Source: Trichoplax adhaerens
Lineage: Eukaryota; Animalia; Placozoa
NCBI RefSeq assembly: GCF_000150275.1
Contig: NW_002060943.1
Span: 5,538,008-5,602,007 of the forward strand
Length of the DNA stretch: 64,000 bases
Direction: 5' to 3'
The notes beneath the pieces are model-generated. The model saw only the letters and a list, made by a program, of their open reading frames with translations. It ran no database searches and was not told the origin of the DNA. Each line of letters opens with the position of its first letter. Position 1 is the stretch's first letter. This document shows positions 11,701-26,500 of this stretch, piece by piece. Both the position numbers and the translations under genes were made by a program.

Positions 11701-14700
11701 CGCTAAATTAAAGGTTTATGGGCCAGTCATTATTATATTAGGAGTATTATAGAATTAGATATAGGTTGGCTATTCTTGTATTTATATTTTTATTAAGTAG
11801 AACCACGGATAGAATAGACCAAATATGGTTTAGCCAGTCCCTTATTAATTTTCTCTATTAATCTAGTATTTTATAAATGATTTATTCTAGAAATAGATAT
11901 TAGTCAGATAATGTTATACACTGATATATTTACAGATGGCTGAGATCAAGTTTTCTTAGATCACTATTTTAGATATTGAGAAATGTCCACGATGTTATTG
12001 AATTAGAAATTGACTGATACTATTGCTTCATCGTTAGCTGTGTCTATATGCTTCACAGAAATACATTTACAGAGCCTGTTCTAATTGATTGATTGATGTT
12101 TAAGTTATAGAAGCTGTTATAAATTTAAACTTATTAAATGATTGTAACAAAATAAATTTAGAATAGACTAAAGTATCTCGAGTGTTTACGGTGAATGGTG
12201 TTTGGTAGTTTATCGATTTCTTCAGCTCTTCGGCATACTCGATAGATGCGGATAGGACTTTACCTTATAACTGATTTAATGATTTTGATCCAAGTTTTTC
12301 TTAAATTTTAAACATTCCTAATTCCATAATCTTTATCATACTGTAGATGTATCAAGAAATATTCTATACGTCATGTATCTTAGGAACTTGACTTCTTCAC
12401 GTTCCTACCACGTTGTTATCAAGGCGTTCGTTTAATTTAAATGTTTTCATTCTTGATCTTCATATAACCATTATGTCTGTTGGTAATTAGAAGCTAGTAC
12501 GACTAGATATCAACTTATTAGTTCTATGACATAAAATACTTAAAATTACATATGTAAACTTGTTTCAGTAGGATTCTTCTTATTATAAATAAAATTATTT
12601 TATTCAAGTAAAAATCTCAGGTCTTTGTATTTGCAAATTAACGCTTGGCTAATTTTACGATTGCTGTTAGAAAAATAGTTGCTATCAAGTATAGCTTAAA
12701 CAATGCTACTGAATTATAATCAGATTTGAAAGTCAACATTATTGAATTAAAATTAAGATTTGGAGGTCAATCTTGAAGGCTCGAAAGCTATTTGTAGACG
12801 GCAAATTAAACAATTATCTAGTAATTGTTGAAATTATATCAATAGATATTTACTTCGTCCTTTATAGGTCCAAAAGACTCTTTCTATACGGAATAGCTAT
12901 TAGACATTTTATCAATAATAAAACAATTATTTCCTTATTCAATTAAGCTTGTAGTGTACGAAGATTGTTTATAACAATATTAGAACTGTGTCATTATTTT
13001 TATCCAATAATTAAAACAGATGTTAAATAACTGAGAATAGTAAATAACTTTGATAAAGAATTATCGACCTGACTACAAAGCACCACAACACTTTTCTCTA
13101 CTTTTTATTGATCGTCTCAAAAGGGTTTAACTTATTCAATCATGTTAATGTACGTAAGATCTAGCCAATAACGGCTTAATTTTTCCATTCCATGGAATAT
13201 ATTTAATTTCTTATAGTATTAGGAATTTAATTATACGTAATATCTAATCATCAACGATTTAATAATTTCTCAGGTCTTATGGAGTAAACTTATTGCTACA
13301 TGATTCAAATATGGATGCAATTAAGATCTGTCAACCAGCGATTAAATAATTTCTGATATCATATGGAGTGAACTTTGTTCGAATTTGAAAATTGTTGTAT
13401 TCATTAGATAAAGTTTCTGGGTCATTATTGAAAGCGAATCTATCTTCACCTTGCCAACTTTGATAGAATTCGATTTAATTTGATAAATTTTGTCTTAATG
13501 GTAGTAAACTTTATGTAGCTGAGCCATAAAACTAGCTGATAATCGATTTAGTTTCGTAACTTAGTTTACTTCTTGAAAGATATTAGTATTGACTGATAAC
13601 TAAGGCTTTAAATGTTTATGGCTGATTAGATAGTAGAGAAAGCATATCGAGTTGTATATCTAGATGTACACTCGTCGCTTTATCCTCTTGCCAGAATTCT
13701 GCTTGTAAATTATTTCTTTGTAATCGGATAGGATTATTTTAGACAAATACAGTGTTAGTATTTTGAATAAGAGCTGATTAAGCAGAGTACAATACGATCG
13801 GCGCCGTTACTATTTTAGGCTTTGCTATAAAAATTTACTTTCGGTATGCCATAAAACAGCTTTGCAACACGATAACGGAATGTACGATCAATAAGTCAAT
13901 TCCTTGAACTATGTATTAAGGAACGATATTTGTACCATCAGGAACACTTTTGCTCTACTAGCAGACTACATAAATACTAACGCCTCGTATTTACCTTAAA
14001 CACTAAATTTAAGAATTAACTTTATTTCAAGATATATTGCGTTTATATACTCTTCCTCAAAAATTCATGAATCATGGTTAGTGCGATTAACTTTGGAATC
14101 ATTGACTGAATTAGACATTAATTTTAGCTACTCCTCCCTAATGCAGATAACAGTATTTACGAACATAGACATCTGATGACTAATACAGAATAGACCGATT
14201 ACGATATATCCTATCACGGGACATTTCCACGATAATTTACAATCTACCATAAGTAAGTTACAATCACAATGATTCGAACTGTTAAGTAGATAATTCGTAT
14301 TCCCTAATATAACTATTAATTTCAGTATATGTAGTAAACGATATATATGTCACTGTCAAAAAAAGTCAGTGCTATATTAAAACGCAGTATATCCAAATTA
14401 GAAATTAACTAAATAAGGATAGGCTAACAAAATTGTCCTAACATAAATATTTCTACTTTAATATAGTATTTCACACTGTCACACGGTATTTCGATGACGT
14501 CAAATTCGGTAACTAGAGATGCGAATTTTGTTTCATAATATGCAATAAAGGACAATAGAATCACCATGGAATATTATTGATGATTCTATAAACAAAGATT
14601 GTTAATTTGACTTTTGATAAAGCTTCTGGAGGCAATAAGAGGTCTTAATGTACGTGAGATGTAGAATATGACCCTATTTCTACAAAAGATTCATTCTTTT

Positions 14701-16494
14701 AAACTTAAAACTATTACTGAAGCTGTCATTATGTCAACTAAAGTGTTCTAATCAGCCGTAACCAGAAACTTGGCCAGTTCAAGGTTTGGAATAATAATGA
14801 TTTATTTTATAAAAATCCAGCTAAATATAAAATTTGATACATTTTTCTAGCTATGGAATAAAATATTACTGATCGCTTTAATGAATGCCTCTTTTTGATT
14901 TGCTGTTAATTTCAGAATCAATCAGTAGTAGACCTTCATTATAATCCGAATTTTACTAACTGATTTATATATGCTTGGATTATATATTTATTATAAGTAG
15001 ATGATGGTTGGAATTACTCTAGCACTTGATTTCATAGCGATGATCAAAATTAAAATTTCAAAGTTTGCTATTTGATCAAAGCATCTGTCCCGCATTAAAA
15101 GGAAATCGCATTACGGTACTATTCTATCAGTTCACGTACCTTCAGCCATTTCATACAGTAAAATTTGATGTTGTAATGATTGATCGCTACCGTAACAATT
15201 AGTGTTAGCTGATATTAAAGGCTTAGAATCATCTTTAAAAGTTAGTTGTTAAATTTGGTTATGACAGACGTATTGCTACTGAAAGAGCAGTGTTTTTTAA
15301 TTTTTCTACTCTTGTTAAAAACGATATTTTATAGTGTAAATTTGTCACTGGAAAAAGCATCATACGCGTATATTTAAAATCAAATCTTTAAAAAAGGATT
15401 AACCTTAAAACATTGCTTAATTACAGTCATTATATGAATAAATCATAGACAAAAAAATGAATCACGGTCAATTAAAAGTGAATTTAGGTGCGATAAACAG
15501 GCTATTAGCCACCTCTTGCCGTTTTATCTAATTAAGCAGATAATCGACTGTTGATAAGGGTTACATAATTGCTGTTACTTAGAATCCATAAGTTCATGGA
15601 ATGGCCATTAAACTACAGTAAAGCATTCTTCTTGACAGAAGTTAAATATGCTACTTTGAAATTAACATCAATTAGCGACATGACAGCACGATCATTTATC
15701 CAACTTCCGCATCATTGTTTTCGTCTACTCGCTTACAGATTATTGACATTAGTAAACAGTACATTCACTATCCTTGAACAATATGTCAAAATGCCTACAA
15801 TAAACCAACAGAAAGAACTTACGTAATAAGGAATGATGAATAGGCCAAGACTGTACTTTCGTACTGCGGACAAAGTTGTATTATTACTTTGGTCTAAGAG
15901 ATCATCAGAATTTGACTGGGTAAACTTATTCCATGCATTAACTCGGCCTTATACTGAAATAAGCATGTGAACAGATATTCCTGTTTCTGCGACATGATAT
16001 TTAATTATACTTGTATTAGCTCTCAAAATGTCATCTACAACAATTTCTAAAATATTTATTACACAAATGATTCGCGATTGATCGTATTTAGTTGATAGTT
16101 AAATGGGAGATTTTCTAATCAACATATGATATAAACAGGTTTGTTCTAGTACTGTAGTGCACACTATTATATTATATGAAGATGTTTCGTAAACTGATTC
16201 GTGATTGAGTATAGAAGTCGTTAAGAAACACAATTACTTTAAAGTCTTGTTTTCCTGCTAATTTTATATTTTTACTGATATAAGATGCTCGTTTTCTGTA
16301 TTTATCGTCAGGTCGTCTAAGTGATGAATAAAGGCTTCGATGTAGTGCTCTGGTTCTCAATCTGGTTTACTTAATCGTGATGGTCAACCATTGGATTTGC
16401 AACTCTAGAGAACTGTACGAGCCCATTGACTGTTATTTTCCACCTTTAGGTTTACTTACATTAATTGAAAGCGTGAACAGTCTGCGTCTGAATT

Positions 16495-17544
16495 ATGACC
16501 TCAAATAACGTCAATTCTTTAACGAGCGGCTGGTTGTTGCCAACTTTTATGCCCTCAAATAGTTCTTTTGATGATGAAGATCTTCCAACGAATGCAACCA
16601 GTAATAATGACTTTATTACCACATCGATCATCTGGGGATTTATTGGAGCTATTACTGTCATGCTAAATTTCGTTGTTTTGGCTATAATTATAGCTAGAAA
16701 AAGGTTACATAATACGACCAATGTTATTTTAGGCAGTATGTTCTTTAGCGATATTTTATTTGCAGCAGTCTATATATTTCCTCGCTGGGTCAATCCGTTC
16801 TACTACCGCGATTGGCTATACTGCTCACTTGTGGCGGTTTTTGCTCCATTAGCTAGTGCAATCATTAACATGCATCTAATGGCAGCAAGTATAGACAAAT
16901 TTATTGCCACTCAATTTGCTATACGCTATAAAGTATCTGCCAGGCCTTTGCATGCTTACCTTGCTGTTGCTTGTATATGGATTCTAACGTTACTAATGGC
17001 ATTTATGCCACTAATAGCATATCGACCAATTTACCAGGGCTTATGTTATCCATGGCATAATGCACAGCAATATAAAGAAACGATCTTTAATATGATTTTC
17101 CTCGCTCTCTTTTTCATCTTGCCCTTACTGGTGATGATTGGCTGTTACACGCGGATATATTTTATTGCTAGTAAATCATTGTACTTTAATTCTCCCATAA
17201 ATAATGATGCACGTTCGATGAGAAAGCACTACAAGCTGGCTCGTGTTCTAGGCATTCTGGTGTTGACTTATTTCATCATGTGGACACCATTTACCTCCAT
17301 TTATATTATTTCCTTATTTTATTCACCGTTTGAGATTGCTACTTCCCTTCAAGGCTATAGAGAGGCTTTAGCTGTGGCACAATATATTGCCTTTACTTAT
17401 CCGGCAATTAATCCTTTGCTGTATGGATATTTTATCCCTGAAATACGAAATCCGGTCATGCGAGTGTTATGCCGTTCATCGCGCGTCTCGCCATTATCAT
17501 GTACGCCTATCGTCAATAATGCAAGAGTTAAAATATCTTCCTGA
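16495..17544 (+). CDS. Class A orphan GPCR, paralogue 3 (349 aa, intronless CDS)
   Basis: 7TM; GSMFFSD, YIFPRW, YCSL, DKF in place of DRY, MWTPF, YPAINPLLYG; splice acceptor (ttttccacctttag, AG 16448-16449) 46 nt upstream of the ATG. Confidence 0.93.
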   Translation: MTSNNVNSLTSGWLLPTFMPSNSSFDDEDLPTNATSNNDFITTSIIWGFIGAITVMLNFVVLAIIIARKRLHNTTNVILGSMFFSDILFAAVYIFPRWVNPFYYRDWLYCSLVAVFAPLASAIINMHLMAASIDKFIATQFAIRYKVSARPLHAYLAVACIWILTLLMAFMPLIAYRPIYQGLCYPWHNAQQYKETIFNMIFLALFFILPLLVMIGCYTRIYFIASKSLYFNSPINNDARSMRKHYKLARVLGILVLTYFIMWTPFTSIYIISLFYSPFEIATSLQGYREALAVAQYIAFTYPAINPLLYGYFIPEIRNPVMRVLCRSSRVSPLSCTPIVNNARVKISS

Positions 17545-20500
17545 TCAAAATCTTTCTACTGGCTACCGTGTTGGGGAGATTGAAAATATTCTTTTTAAAA
17601 TTAGGGTTGGACAGACGTTAACTGTGGTACCAGTAGTTATTCTAGATATTGATGTGGAGATAATACTACCGATGGACAGATAGGAAAGTATTTATAATTG
17701 TCTCGAATTGGCTTGTACTGCTGAGATTATTCCAAGCGTAAAGGCTTTCACGAACTCTTCGATTTTTTATTAATCTAAAAATTCGCCGGAATCATTCGCG
17801 GAGCTATCAGTTATCTTATGATTATAGATATTGTATTTAAGTTTCGATTTTTATTTCCTGTACAAGAAAAAATATTGGCCCTAAACTAGGATGGGCATCA
17901 AATAATATATACGGTATCGCTAGTCTCAAGCTATGATAGAATGTGATAATTTTTTTATGGACCTGTCAGTTGCTAAAAAAATTGCCTAGAATTAGATTAA
18001 ACATGAAAAATAATTACTTATTGTATCGCCTATGGCAATTTCTGATCGTGAAATCATTTAGCAACAGAGACTATGTAAAACCATTATATGGTTCTTTAAT
18101 AAAATACTATTTTTATCTCTGCTCTGAAACGGTCACTTAATAACTTGTCTCCCAAATGTAGCGAATGAAATAGCTTATTACCTAAAACTGTTGTTGAACA
18201 TTACGATAGCAAACTTGGACCAAGTAACCTATAGACAGTTAGATTTCAGGCTGAAATCTCCTAAAAATGTAAAACTTTCATATCGCTCTTTACATGTTGA
18301 CAAACATGAACTAATCAGACACTGGTTACTGAGATATGCCGATGCCGCCTACCGGGGTGTCTTGCGTTCTCAGTTAAGGGGATAAACTATCGTATCTAAA
18401 TTATTGTATTGTCCACTAACAGCGCTCAACTACCTAATGCATAAGTATAACCCTTGATATTGCCAGTTAATTCAAGTCTAGCGCCGTCATCTTACTTGCA
18501 GTTATCGGGATTCGCTTCGGAACCTATTTTTTATAGGTTCACATTATAATAATTTAAGTCGATATTAGTTTTGTTATTATTTATAGGTTAGTTTTTTATC
18601 CAATACTATTGGCGTTTATAATTAATTTAAGGCATTAATAAGTCTTTATTTAGTAGTGTGATTTATCGAGATGATTCTCTGTGCAGTAAAAATTATTTAT
18701 TTCCTAATATTAAGATAAATGTATATAACTTGGATCCGTAAAACGAGAATATTCTTTTTGACAAGCTCCGTTTCTAAGCTTCAATCAACGAATTAAAATG
18801 TACTGTTTGCCCACTTTCTCAATTTGCCTCAATATGCAAAAATACTAATTGTTTTTCTAAAAGCTGACAACATTAGAGATTATTTTAATAAGAGAATTAG
18901 GCAGTCTCTAAAAATATCTATAGGTATTGAATTTGCTAAAGGATGTCTTTTCGTAAAAATTTGTATTGGGAGTAAATTTGTAAAAGTTTTTTAAATAATG
19001 ATGAATTAAAGAGACGGCAACAGAAGGCATCTATAATTAGGTTATTACTCATAAATAAAATGGACTTCGTTAAATCAAAATTTTGCATTTAATTTTGTTA
19101 ATTAGTTTGCTATATTTAATCTAATAGATAAGTTTTAATGTGAAGATACCATCAGTTTTTTAAGAAATTCTTATTTTTAATAAATTTTAAGGATTCATAT
19201 TCAATTCGCCATTTACGAAGTTCTGATTTCTTAAACAACATTGGCATGATTCGAACCATAGAAGCACATTTTATTTTAATTTTTTGCTTACGTGGAGTTG
19301 GCGAATAGTAGATAAAGAGATAGACGGAAGTCATAATATAATTTGGACTTTGTATTTGCAAATATCGATAGATAAATAGCAATTATGATGCCCGATGAAA
19401 ATATTTGAGTACACGCTATACCGCTTCAATAAAACCAAATCTAAACTATACCTTTTAATTGTAAAGGTAATATATTAATTGAAGGACATAATAAAACTTT
19501 TAAATTTAAAATCTTTAGTGTTGATAAAAATATAATTAATAAATCACCAGAATAAGAACATGATAGTAATGAATAACATATTGTTTTGCCTACGCATTTA
19601 TTTCATAATCTATCGATATTTATTGTGCAATATAAAGCTTGGTTACGGAAGACTAATTTTTCTTTTCTTGATCAATTAGAAATATTTCCTTTCATAAGGT
19701 AATCATGAAAATGAAATGTTAAAAATTTGACAAATTCTATTAGTTAGTAAATGCAGCTATGTATAAAGTAACTTTAATTTACGTTCATTCTTTCTTGACT
19801 TAAAAATCATGAAGTTAAGAATTTCAGTTTAATTTTAATTTACAATTTTGGAAATGGCACTATCCTGCAATACATTTTAGCCTGAGAAAGTTATTTACTC
19901 TGATAGACTACCCAAGTTTTTTGCAGTTATGCAAATGCTATCGAGCAGTAATCGTGATTTAGCCAGATAATTTAACTTTGTGCATGTTGGTAATAAGCAC
20001 ACTTATACGTACCAACAGAGCATCACCTATACTTATGGAAAATGCAGTATTATGAAAACATTCTTCGTGTAAATTTAATCAACGTAAATGAAGCATAGCA
20101 GCTACAAATGAGTTGGCATTTCATTTGAGCTTAAAATTTCAGCTTAGGAGAGGTGCATATTGACGATTACCTCTTGGTGGTAAATTGGTTATAAACTCAT
20201 CGTATTTTCTCTTTACAGACTTCGATTTATGATATTAGAAATATCAGATATTGATTCAGATAATTTCTATAGCTGAGCTGCATTAGGTTATATTTGATAA
20301 TTTAATTTCAATTACCAATTATGGTTATGGAGCACCAATTATGTTGGACTTTACTTAACCAAAGAATACGATTTGTTTGCAGAAAAACTGAGAAGTAAAC
20401 AAAAAACCTTCGATAGTAGAAGTCTTAATCTCATAATATTTCAATGTATATTGATAATCATTATTAGAATATAGCTTGATGATATTGCCACTAAAAATCA

Positions 20501-23500
20501 CCGATAATGACGAAATTACAAATAGATTAAGATGGAGATATAGCTAATGATTTCATAGCTTGCTGATTGTAAATTTATTTTAGGGTAGACGGAAAATTAG
20601 AATTAGATCTATGTTAAAGGGTTCTGATCAATTACTACACTAGTTATTTATATAGCTTTCCAATTAATATATTATAAAAATCACGTAATTTAATTTAATG
20701 TTCTTGTAGTCATTGTGATACCAATATGATATCCTTAGAAGTATCTTTAAACATGAACTAAATTTGAATAGAATTTAAAATTCAATATTATCAATAATAT
20801 AGTTGTAGTTCGTTTCTGATAATTTTAAGATGAAATGAATGACTTATAATTGTTTGAATCTGACGGCTGAAAGTAATTAATTAATTTGCATTCAAATGCA
20901 ATGATTTGGTTTGTTTATTATTTGAAATTCTTAAATTAATAAGTTACTTCCCATACTATATGGTCAATGTTAGCAGCGAGCGTAATTAAACTAATGATTG
21001 CTCCTGTTAAAGGCTATGATTTTATTATTATTTTAAATTTATTTCTTTCACCAAAACTAGAATTGTCAGCAGGATTTTTGAAGGCGAAATCCTAATAGTT
21101 AGAAATAGTTGATGGTTTTATAGTGTTATTAAATCATATCATAGTATCATCTTTCACCCTTAGCGTGAAGAAATACTCATGCTATTACGACCTATCATCT
21201 ATTATTATAACACTTTTCAGTTGGCTTTGCTTCGTATTAGATAAAAAGTAAATAATTACTTCGTTAAGAAATAACTAGCTTTTATGGAATTTACAGATAC
21301 TAGCAATCATTTATCTGTTTGGTTTAAAAGGAAATGAAATTACTTTTTCATGGTACATGCATGTGATCTTAATAACTGTTCTACAGTGTTTAAATTATAA
21401 CTATTACTGAAATCTTCCTAGTAGATAGGTATACTAGCATAAGACGATGATAGTAAACGTATTCCTACCTATGTCCTGCTATCGTATAGAAATGGTAAGT
21501 ATTTAAAGCTACCTAAAAAAACTAATTTAGCATGCATTTCGGTTCATTTTACTGGCGTAAGACGACATGTTTAATACCGATATAGTAAGTAAATAAAATC
21601 TATTTTCCCTTAATAATGAGGAAACAGATTTCTGATAAAATCGATTTACTTATATTGAATTGCTTTAGTCTTAATTAGAAAATTTTATTCTATAGAATCT
21701 ACAATAATCGGATTATTTTACTAAGAATGACTTTTTGAGTTCATTGTTGTAGCTATTTTAGTGGCTAATTGTAGGAGATATTTATTTTAGGTTCGCTTTC
21801 CACTGCTTTACATGATTATGATTCATAAGTTATTTGAGTAAAGGATTTTCTTTCTCTTTAGTATCAATACACGTTACAAAGATAGAACTAGAATTAGTTA
21901 AAAGGCATCCATTTCCAGTGAAAATAATTATAAAATATGAAAGAATCAAATTGCCTTACTGAAGTTGGGATATCCCTTCATTATTTTAATTCTTTTTCTT
22001 TTTAATAATTGGAGATCATTTATTTTAGCCTATCATTTAACAAATATATATATGACGTTGAAGATAGCGATTCATAATATGATCGATGAGTATGCTTCTT
22101 TATTTCTTAAAATAAAAAGCGGGCATTTGTTATAAGCCATAACTATATAATAGCTTAAAAATGCTTCGACTTGCAATAAAAGCATTGAAACAGAAAAAGA
22201 ATTAAATTTCCTTACTAAGAATGGCTTTATTAGCTCATTCTTATAGGTTTTTTCTTCTATTGATTATGTTTGAGAAGTTGTTTACGCAAGGCTAACATCC
22301 ATTAATTTTCCATTATGGCGATAGTTCATGGCCTACGGTACGGTATATGCTAACTTAATCGATTAAAGCGTTTTATCTGCGATTGTAAATAACTTTTATA
22401 CTATTTTATGATATCATGGTGATCTGCTGTTGTTTGTAAAATTAGTAAAATGTAAATAAAACTTGGTTTTAATAGACTACCATGTATTAACTATTGTATT
22501 TCATCGCTACCTTGTAGAATGTATTTCTGTACTTTTCAGTAAGTAGTTCTTTACTTCTTGTTGAGGTGCTTAGTGAATATTAGTCAATCTTATCTTGGTT
22601 GTGCTGCCCATTTTAAGTATTACCGTATGCTAAATATTAGATTTTAGTGTTAATTCGATCTATTCATAGCTCATTTAACATTCTTGCCTCTATTTATCTA
22701 TTCAACGGTAAAGGTATTTTATTGTTAGTGACCATGACTTTCTTGTTAATTTTTATTAAAATTTACGCCTATTCTTTTTTTACTATTTATAACATGAAGA
22801 GTAAGATGATTTTTGATCATGACGATAACGATCTTATTATCTTTAAGGTCAATTGATTTATTTTTCGTTATCTTTACCTTTTTAATCAATAGATAAAATC
22901 GAATACAGAAGGATAGTTGTCAGTCTACACTATTTCCATTGGAAATTGATAGATTGGGCGGATAGTATCGACTATACTAATTCTGTTACTTCCTCGATAG
23001 ACGTTTGCATGGCGACGGCATAAAAACAATTCATATTTTAATCATTTGTTCAGCAATAGATCAATAACTGAATTAACTACGACATCAAAGGATTAAATCC
23101 GATCTGTTTATTGTTATGCATTCAATGGTGACCGGGGTGGATTGATTGTTAAAATAATTAAATGATTTATCAAGCTTTTGTGTCTTGTATTTTATCAAGC
23201 TATGGGCGACCCTGGGATTTATTCTATACCCTCATGTTAGCCACTTACTATTTAGGGTACAATTTTTGACTCTATTTCAAAGTTAAAGGTTAACTCTTTC
23301 ATAGCAATTGAAACTTACAAGATCTCATTGGTGTAAATGGAAAATTAAAATTCAATACGATTTTAGAGCGAATACGAATTCTAATAATCTAGTCTTACTG
23401 GCTACATCTTTTTCAGGTATTTTCTACTGCGGAATGAGCCATCTTATAAGTTGTCAAGTGGTAAGAAATAAATATATTTATCATCTGGTAGCTCTGTAGA

Positions 23501-26500
23501 TTTATTTCCGTTGAATTGTTTATGTTGATATTCGGCAACGAAACTTTTTACTTTAATATATTCTTCTAAAGTATTATCTAGATACTGTAATGACTACTAT
23601 AATTCTTTTACCGAATCATAGCCCCTAGTGCGACCTAATTCAAGCACTAACTGAGGATAAATTCGGTTATCATATTAGAACCTTCGAAATCATAACTCAA
23701 GAATTTATCGTTTTGATTTTTAACTTACGATAGTCATTTTTCTTAATTAGTATAAACGTAAACATATAAAGATTAAATGGAGAAAATAAGAACATTGAAT
23801 GATCTCCCTCTGAGTTTATTTTATTTTATCACCTGATTTTAATAAGCGCGTGAAGTTTTTGTTTTATAGTCTTTAATATAACGTAACGATAATATTAATT
23901 TAATCATCAATTTCATTTTTATCCATGGTCAATCTCGATCGCTCTCATTTAGTTAAATTATCTATGAGGTAGATTTTCGATACATGGACATTTAATAGCT
24001 TATTGATAATGATACTGAGAAATTTTGCCGAACAATATAGATTTAGCACTTTATTTCCAAAGAGTCTTACAAATGCTTTTCTATAATCTATTCTGGATCT
24101 GATATTACCAAACAATCCAATCTAGGCGTGAAGGTTGCTAACATTAAAAATTATTAGTACGATATGTATTTAACCTCCTACTGTGTTATCTATATGACAT
24201 ACTCTTAGATTAAGCTTATATTCAAATTCGACAGCGGTATTTATCATTAGTGAAATCTCTCTATAATTATCATAGATGGTAACGCTTGAAAGTTGATTGT
24301 GATCAATTCTCACTGTATCAATCATTGACCTATAATTTATATCACCTTTAACTGTGAATGCGGTCTAGGACATTATTTAAAAAAGCAGCTCCAAACCGTA
24401 CTTTTAGAAAGAATTTGATTAATAGTAATCAAAGTATTAAAAGCATCCAGAACCCTTTAATAGTGCTATGAGTAACCTAACCACCTGATTTTTAATATTA
24501 TGAAGATTATTACTTGATTATGTGTTATATTTCATGTTCTGGTTTGTCTAAGTATAAATTAGCTAACTAGGACTGACAAAAAATCGTAAACACCTCAGAA
24601 TCATCTTGACTTTTAAAGTTATGGAGCACCATATATTTCCTGAACAGTATACAGCTGTTACTTGAGTTTTAATTGTTATTATCTTATCTTCCCTCTATAC
24701 TTATTGCAAGTCCTTTCAATATCGAAATTTGAGAAAGATTCACTCTCAGTGCTGTCCAGTTAGAGGCATTTGAAAAATTGTTGAACTCTTCTAATTACTA
24801 GAAATCATTTTAGTTGAGGTTAAGCTACGATTTTAAAGCTTGCAGTAATACTAGGGAAATAGTATGCTTTGATACTTGTGCATACTGAAGGAAGAAGTGA
24901 AATTCATACAGATGATATATGGCTTCGTTTATAATATTGATCAGATAAATTAGATGATTAATTTTGATCTAAAGACGACGTTAGATGTAAAATTTCTTGA
25001 TAGACTGAAGCCATAAGACTTTTTTCGATATTATAAAGCTAAAAAACTCAGTTATCGTTTTATGGATGGCAAATAAACCGACTTTGTAGAGGGAGACATC
25101 GAGCGGGCAGAGAGTGTTACAGAAAACGCTCATATTCGAGTTGGAATCTGTCTATTATGACTCGTTATTTTATAGAGTAAAGAAATTGTGATAAAATCAG
25201 TCTTAGGTGATAGTCGTTCGATTTTCTTATTTTAGAGTTGTACTGATATTGAATAGATTTACCTAGTGGTTGTAGAAACGAATCCTGTGACAGTAAGTGT
25301 AGAGTAAACTGCTAGATCCATAATTTCATTCAATTTAGTATTAATTATGATATCAGAAATTCATAAGAAATCCAATTGAGATAAGCGATCATTGCATTGT
25401 ATTAGGATGAAAAATTTATAGCACGGATCTGCCTTAGATATTGTAAGGTTATAGAAGGATAAATATGATTGTAAAGTTATGATTCGATTTTTTGAAAGCA
25501 GCCAGAAAGTTTTCGCTAAGTCACCGACAGCAATATTACGATGCTGTAATTATTATTAGCAGTTTTTAGCAGATTGCAAAATATGCTTTGTACTGGACTT
25601 TGCGAAGCGGTCTTATGTAGTATAAGTAAAATTGATGAGGAGTGCTACTAGTTCTTGAATTTATCTAGCCTACAGTAACTAAAGATTTCGTTTATGAAAT
25701 TTCAAAATTACTACCTAGAAAATATAGTTGATGCTACCTTATACTTCATTCCTTATCAAGAACAGCGATAAATGCTATAATAGCTAGAAAAAGCGGTATC
25801 AATTTCGGAGCATATAACTGCTGCAGAAAGATATATTCTTATATTAAGATTGCAAATTATGGCTTTATATCGATCAAATTAGTAACTGTGCTTATATCGA
25901 ATCATCGCAGAATTTTAATTGCCTGCAAGAAGAGAATTTTGAAGGAATAAGTATTCGGAATTTTATCGCCGAATAAAGACTGTTCACGAGTAATGGAAAT
26001 CCAAAAATTCTATTCGACGACAACATACTATATAGCACTCACTGAGTAGGCTTTAATTAATATTAAGTACGCGTAAACATAATTATGGTATCGCCTACGT
26101 CTGCTCTTATGTGTTTCTTTAGCATTTACCGCACTCGATAATCTGTCATAACTTAAAACTCAATTTTGATAAACTAAAATTAATTGTAGTTACGACACTA
26201 CCGTTCTATATGTATGTAGGATATCCAGAATTATTATTTTCACTTTATCATCAATCTTCGGTCTTTCTTAGCGGTTTGTCGCAACTAAGAGGACGTCTTA
26301 ACCACTGGAATAGGGAGGAGCAGTGTTACCAGGAGATGAAATTTTACTATCTCTATACAGATATGGATGATGTTGATAGCGTTTACTCTGTTATGAAATA
26401 GCGTACAGTGATTCTCCTGTCTTTACCAAAAATTTTACGGACGATTGTTTCAATAGATAATTGGTTGAGCAGTATTTGAAACTAGGAATTCTCGACTAGC

